Source of the DNA: Gammaproteobacteria bacterium | GTDB taxonomy: Bacteria; Pseudomonadota; Gammaproteobacteria; Ga0077536 | DNA: 64,000 nucleotides | NCBI GenBank assembly: GCA_965223085.1 | Contig: OZ244981.1 | Span: 4,289,161 to 4,353,160, forward strand | Direction of reading: 5' to 3' | Part shown: piece by piece, positions 59,934 through 64,000 of the stretch | Numbering within the stretch: the stretch's first letter is position 1 | Layout of the letters: each line of letters opens with the position of its first letter | The notes under the pieces: model-generated | Told to the model about the DNA's origin: nothing | The model's input: only the letters and a program-made list of their open reading frames with translations | Database searches by the model: none | Made by a program: the position numbers and the translations under genes

Positions 59934-60410
59934 ATGAACCTTACTACTAGTGACCGTTACGAAGCGATCCCTATCGGCCATGTGGAGACCGACGTCCCGG
60001 ACGCCGATATCGCGCGGCAGCGCCGCACCCTGCGCGCGCATATCGTCATCGCACCACCGTATGTTCCTGCGCTGCTTGGCATCGAAGATTACTCGCACCT
60101 CGTGGTAGTTTTTTGGATGCATCGCCGCAGCGGTGAACCACAGCTCGTCAGTCACCCGCGAGGCGATCAAACACTGCCGCCCACCGGTGCGTTCGCCGGC
60201 CGCGGGCGCAACCATCCCAATCCCATCGGTCTCGCGGTGGTGGAACTAATCGGGCTTAGCGAAGGTCGCTTAGAGGTCTTGCGACTCGACGCATATCACG
60301 GCACACCAGTGATCGACATCAAACCCTATGATCTCTACGACGTCGTGGCGGCGCCGCGCGTACCGGGATGGCTGCATGCCCGTGCGACGCGTGGCAATTC
60401 ACCCGCTTAA
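59934..60410 (+). CDS. TsaA/TrmO-like S-adenosylmethionine-dependent methyltransferase domain protein (UPF0066)
   Basis: 158 aa. YEAIPIGHVET...YSHLVVVFWMHR...HRPNPIGLAVVELI matches the TsaA-like beta-barrel fold. It is shorter than full TrmO. Confidence 0.65.
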   Translation: MNLTTSDRYEAIPIGHVETDVPDADIARQRRTLRAHIVIAPPYVPALLGIEDYSHLVVVFWMHRRSGEPQLVSHPRGDQTLPPTGAFAGRGRNHPNPIGLAVVELIGLSEGRLEVLRLDAYHGTPVIDIKPYDLYDVVAAPRVPGWLHARATRGNSPA

Positions 60411-60484
60411 GGGGTGCTGGCACTGTCACGGCTCCTACGGTAAAGTTGTATTTTTGAAACACATAAGACAGTTTTGTTGCAAAA

Positions 60485-61033
60485 ATGAAACGTTTTAAGC
60501 GGCTCTGCCTCGCCGTTGTGGCTGCAGGCATGACGGGATCCGAAGCGGCCGACGTCACCCCCGGCGCCACCGACGGTGCCACCTATGGCAATTGGACGGT
60601 TAAGTGCGAACAAGCCGACGACGCGCCGGATAGCTGTTTTATCTTTCAAAATCTGGTTTTGCGCGAAGGTGGTCAGCGTGTGCTGCAACTCGCGGTAGGC
60701 TACGTGCCGGCCGCCGTTGAGCCGATTGCGTTGCTTAGCCTACCGCTCGGCATTTCGCTGCCGCCCGGGGTCAGCATTAGCATCGACGATGGCGAGGCGA
60801 CCCGTTTCGCGATCGAACGTTGCGAACCCAACGGCTGCCGCGCCGGCCTCAAATTGAAAGCCCCGCTAGTCGCCGAAATTAGCGCCGGTGAGCGCATATT
60901 AATCAAGTTTTTCGATGCGCAGCGCGAAGCGATAGAAGTGCCGTTGTCCTTACAGGGGTTCGCTACCGGCCTCGCCGCGGTTCGCACGACGTCCGACGAC
61001 AGCACCGCGGCTCAAGGTAGCGCCGCACCATAG
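60485..61033 (+). CDS. IalB (invasion-associated locus B)-like periplasmic protein
   Basis: 182 aa with a signal peptide, an N-terminal W-x-V-x-C-E motif (YGNWTVKCEQ) and a second Cys pair (CEPNGC), the IalB-family pattern. Tentative. Confidence 0.5.
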   Translation: MKRFKRLCLAVVAAGMTGSEAADVTPGATDGATYGNWTVKCEQADDAPDSCFIFQNLVLREGGQRVLQLAVGYVPAAVEPIALLSLPLGISLPPGVSISIDDGEATRFAIERCEPNGCRAGLKLKAPLVAEISAGERILIKFFDAQREAIEVPLSLQGFATGLAAVRTTSDDSTAAQGSAAP

Positions 61034-61527
61034 ACGTGATCGCCGATCGCGATCTCCAATTGCGCCGCATCGCTAGCATTGATTTCCACAACGTAGCGAA
61101 CCGGTACGGATGATGATAGGACGGCAGTGGATTCGGGTGCCGCCCGCGCCACAATACTTCGCACGATGCCGCCGCTATCGACGAACAACATAGCTAAAGC
61201 GACATACGTGTTTTTCATCCACATCGAGACGATTTGCTCGTGTTCAAAATCAAACACCATGCCCTGCATGGAGGGTAAATGCTTACGAAACATCAAACCG
61301 CGCGCGCGGCTCGCCGCGTCGCGTGCATAAACCACATTGAAATTTAGCCGTACGCCATCGCGACGCACGATCGTTAGAGTGTTGTCCGTTGCCGTCGCTG
61401 CACCGAGCCCGATGATAAACAGCCCGCACACTAGCGCCGCGACACCAGTCACGATGGTGACACAATATCCTTTTCGGGCGCGTTCCATTCCGTGATTATA
61501 TGTCCACACAGTAGCGACAACAGGCAA
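61012..61527 (-). CDS. DUF192 domain protein
   Basis: 171 aa with an N-terminal TM/signal and a DUF192-like core (MWMKNTYVALAMLFVDSGGIV). The start is probably an internal Met. Tentative. Confidence 0.45.
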   Translation of the reverse strand: MPVVATVWTYNHGMERARKGYCVTIVTGVAALVCGLFIIGLGAATATDNTLTIVRRDGVRLNFNVVYARDAASRARGLMFRKHLPSMQGMVFDFEHEQIVSMWMKNTYVALAMLFVDSGGIVRSIVARAAPESTAVLSSSVPVRYVVEINASDAAQLEIAIGDHVYGAALP

Positions 61528-62315
61528 TAGGTGGCGAAGAAATACAAGCCGATACCGACCTTGGCGGTCAAGCCGTCACCTTGCCCGCCGGCAAAGAATG
61601 CGATCAATACCGCTACCACGAACACGTCTGCCATAGACCATTTGCCGATATGCCGTACCCAGGTTCTCGCCCTCGCTTTGCCACGTCCAGCGCGTGATTG
61701 CAGCAACACCGCCGCCAGCAATAACTTTACGGTAGGGATCGCGACGCTGCAGATAGCGACTATCGCCGCAACGAACCACTGGTGGGCACGTAGCAAGGCC
61801 ACTATCGTCGACAGCACACTTTTGCTGTCGTGTTCTAGAACAATGGCACCGAGTAAGGGTATGTCCACGTCGGCTTGGTAGGTGATAATCGGTGCCGCTA
61901 ATCCTGCCATCAGACACAGCCCACACAAGCCTAACAGGTCTGGGAGTAGGCGGCGCAGGCGTTCGCGCGGCGTCTGCATGGGTGCCGGGCAACAGGCCCA
62001 TAATGCAATGACGAAAAGCGCGCTTGCAGCTGCGAAAACGAGGCTTATGTGTCGAGCCTGAGACTCTTTTCGATGCACCGTAGCCACTATGCCGTTAAGC
62101 TCTGCGCGTGCGCGCGAACCGCCCTTATAGACCGAAAACGATAGCTTTTCGACAAAGTCCTTCCACGCCAGCTCGGCAGTGCCCTGCAAATTCAACGCGT
62201 CATATGCGTAGCTGTTGACCTCCGCCGCGTCCCGCGTCAGCGACACGATGCAAACGACAGCAGCGCATGCCAAAGGGTAGAACGCGACTCGAATTAGGGC
62301 CTGCACGGGCGTCAC
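61449..62315 (-). CDS. hypothetical polytopic membrane protein (CC and CGLC motifs)
   Basis: 288 aa with 6-7 TMs, cysteine motifs ALWACCPAP and GLCGLC, and a WSMADVFVV segment. Family not assigned. Confidence 0.45.
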   Translation of the reverse strand: MTPVQALIRVAFYPLACAAVVCIVSLTRDAAEVNSYAYDALNLQGTAELAWKDFVEKLSFSVYKGGSRARAELNGIVATVHRKESQARHISLVFAAASALFVIALWACCPAPMQTPRERLRRLLPDLLGLCGLCLMAGLAAPIITYQADVDIPLLGAIVLEHDSKSVLSTIVALLRAHQWFVAAIVAICSVAIPTVKLLLAAVLLQSRAGRGKARARTWVRHIGKWSMADVFVVAVLIAFFAGGQGDGLTAKVGIGLYFFATYCLLSLLCGHIITEWNAPEKDIVSPS

Positions 62316-62589
62316 TCGCGCCGCTGCCGAACAAACACCTTGCGCCCACCATGGCGGTAGGCGCGCTGTCCAGAGGAGCTACCGTAGCAACGGGCAACGC
62401 CACGTGCAGGCGAGCGCATGCGCGCGCTGCAGGTGACGCTTGAAAACGCCTCGCCCGGCGTTGCTGGTTGCTCATTTAGACTCACCACAACATCTTCCTG
62501 CGCACTGATTGCGCCGTTTTCAGGCACAAGCGTGCCGCGGCTGGCACATCAACAGGACGCTGCACCGATGTCGTTTCCTCGGCGCGCGT

Positions 62590-64000
62590 CTAGCCGGTGC
62601 GCGTTATCCTGCCGCAATATTGGCCGTCGACGGTTAAGAAGTCTGCCAAGGCGTCATGGTGCAGGGGTTTAGAAAATAAAAACCCCTGGGCTGAAGGACA
62701 GTGCATTTCACGTAAGCGATCGGCCTGCTCTGGGGTTTCCACGCCCTCAGCGATGACGTCCATACCCAACGTCGCACCTAGGGTAATAATCGCCGCGACG
62801 ATCGCGCCGCTGTCGTCCTTATCTCCCATGGTGGAAACAAAGGAACGATCGATTTTTAAAGAGTCATAGCGGAACCGTTGCAAATAACTTAGCGATGAAT
62901 AGCCAGTGCCGAAATCGTCGACGTGCAATTCAATGCCTAGATCGCGCAAATCCGTCAACGTGCTCATAACCAAGTCACCATGATCCATTACTACGCGCTC
63001 AGTTATTTCTAGCTTTACGGAACTCGGTTCGACGTTCGCATCTTCGAGCAAAGCAACCATGCGTTTTCCCATGTCGTCGGTGAGAAATAGTTTCCCAGGC
63101 ACATTGATGCTCATAGTTAACGACGGCGAAACGGGAAAGAGTTTCTGTAATTTCGCTAATTGATAGCACGCACGTTCTAAAACCCACCATCCGATCGGCA
63201 CCGCCAAGCTCGTTTCCTCTACGATGCCGATGAATTCCTCCGGCATAACCACCCCACGACTCGGATGAATCCAGCGTAGCAAAGCTTCGAAGCCGGAGAC
63301 TTGCCCAGACTCTATTGCGATGATCGGTTGGTAGAACAACTCAAATTCGCTTTTCTCTAGCGCACGCCGCAGATCGGTCTCCATACGATGCTGAAACATC
63401 GCTTGATCGTGCATATAAGTATCGAACACCGCGTAACCTGCGTGGCCCGAACTCTTGGCGCGATACATCGCGATATCCGCGTCACGCAACATTTCCTCTG
63501 GGGTTCGATAGTTTTCAGAACTAAGCGCGATACCAATGCTTGCCGAAGTGAATACCGCATGAGAATCAACTTCGATCTCGTGCGCTAAGGCCGCATGCAA
63601 ACGCTCGACGACGTAGACGGCATCGGAAGGCCCGCCGATGTCGTTTAACACGATCGCGAACTCGTCGCCGCCCAGCCTCGCGAGCGTGTCGCCAGGACGC
63701 AAACAGCTGTGAAGGCGAGTGGCGATTTGTGCCAATAACTCATCCCCAACCGCGTGTCCGAGGCTATCGTTGACGTGCTTGAATCGGTCTAGATCAAAAA
63801 ACAAGACCGCAAATAAACGCGATGGATCCCGTCGATAGCGACGTAACGCTAAGTCGAGCCGATCCAAGAATAATATACGGTTCGGCAAACCGGTCAAAGC
63901 ATCGTGCATTGCTTCATGCATCAATCGTGCTTCGGTTTGCTTGCGTCGAGTGATGTCGGTCATAGAACCGGCCATCCGCAAGACTTGACCGTTCTCGTCC
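62590..64000 (-). CDS. PAS-GGDEF-EAL signalling protein (diguanylate cyclase/phosphodiesterase), 5'-truncated by window edge
   Basis: Active-looking GGDEF (RLGGDEFAIVL) and EAL (EALLRW, DDFGTGYSSLSYL) domains. The reading frame stays open from 63981 to the window end (DENGQVLRMAGSMTDITRRKQTE, a PAS-domain C-terminus), so the N-terminus lies outside the window. Confidence 0.85.
   Translation of the reverse strand, partial: DENGQVLRMAGSMTDITRRKQTEARLMHEAMHDALTGLPNRILFLDRLDLALRRYRRDPSRLFAVLFFDLDRFKHVNDSLGHAVGDELLAQIATRLHSCLRPGDTLARLGGDEFAIVLNDIGGPSDAVYVVERLHAALAHEIEVDSHAVFTSASIGIALSSENYRTPEEMLRDADIAMYRAKSSGHAGYAVFDTYMHDQAMFQHRMETDLRRALEKSEFELFYQPIIAIESGQVSGFEALLRWIHPSRGVVMPEEFIGIVEETSLAVPIGWWVLERACYQLAKLQKLFPVSPSLTMSINVPGKLFLTDDMGKRMVALLEDANVEPSSVKLEITERVVMDHGDLVMSTLTDLRDLGIELHVDDFGTGYSSLSYLQRFRYDSLKIDRSFVSTMGDKDDSGAIVAAIITLGATLGMDVIAEGVETPEQADRLREMHCPSAQGFLFSKPLHHDALADFLTVDGQYCGRITRTG

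Noticed and set aside
61449-62315. Assignment of the 288-aa membrane protein as PqiA or VKOR/DsbB-like
   Set aside because: It lacks the PqiA CPxCG zinc-ribbon motifs. The cysteine spacing (CC then CGLC 25 aa later) does not match VKOR or DsbB topology. Left as hypothetical.

Overview
High-GC (~60%) gammaproteobacterial chromosomal segment, gene-dense and dominated by housekeeping and catabolic genes. There is no transposase, integrase, CRISPR array or rRNA.

Recognisable content:
- A co-directional minus-strand catabolic cluster: HIBADH-like dehydrogenase (frameshifted), hotdog thioesterase, FAD-linked oxidase, MetY, CoA-binding protein, FMN-dependent alpha-hydroxy-acid dehydrogenase and an AidB-like acyl-CoA dehydrogenase.
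- Squalene-hopene cyclase, with no other hpn genes in view.
- The enterobacterial-type block uvrC-pgsA-tRNA-Gly-tRNA-Cys-tRNA-Leu, then a family-4 UDG and fadE.
- A voltage-gated K+ channel, and a GDSL lipase with a PEP-CTERM tail interrupted by an in-frame TGA.
- tRNA-Ser(UGA), fkpA, rnd, prc, an RND efflux pair plus SDR, a crotonase, msrA, an LpxR-like outer-membrane protein and a LolC/E-like permease with no LolD.
- An SDR-TauE-DUF1232 operon with a palindromic operator, sohB, avtA, a 1455-aa Lhr helicase, a TsaA/TrmO-like protein, IalB-like and DUF192 proteins, and a PAS-GGDEF-EAL protein cut by the window edge.

Most interesting unexplained content:
- A two-gene module: an unclassified polytopic membrane protein next to a large secreted DUF2330-like protein (39685-41889).
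- A membrane protein combining a degenerate GGDEF domain with a C-terminal cupin (23284-24903).
- Two AT-rich islets, one carrying a PilZ-like gene (49650-50406) and one carrying a small-membrane-protein plus FHA-protein pair convergent with lhr (53528-54879).
- A recurring 22-bp palindromic intergenic motif ATATCCRGGCTAGCCYGGATAT.
- Several operator-like palindromes and tandem repeats.
- Two disrupted genes: a +1 frameshift in a C6 tract and an in-frame TGA.

All calls rest on reading the translations and the DNA by eye. No database search was possible.
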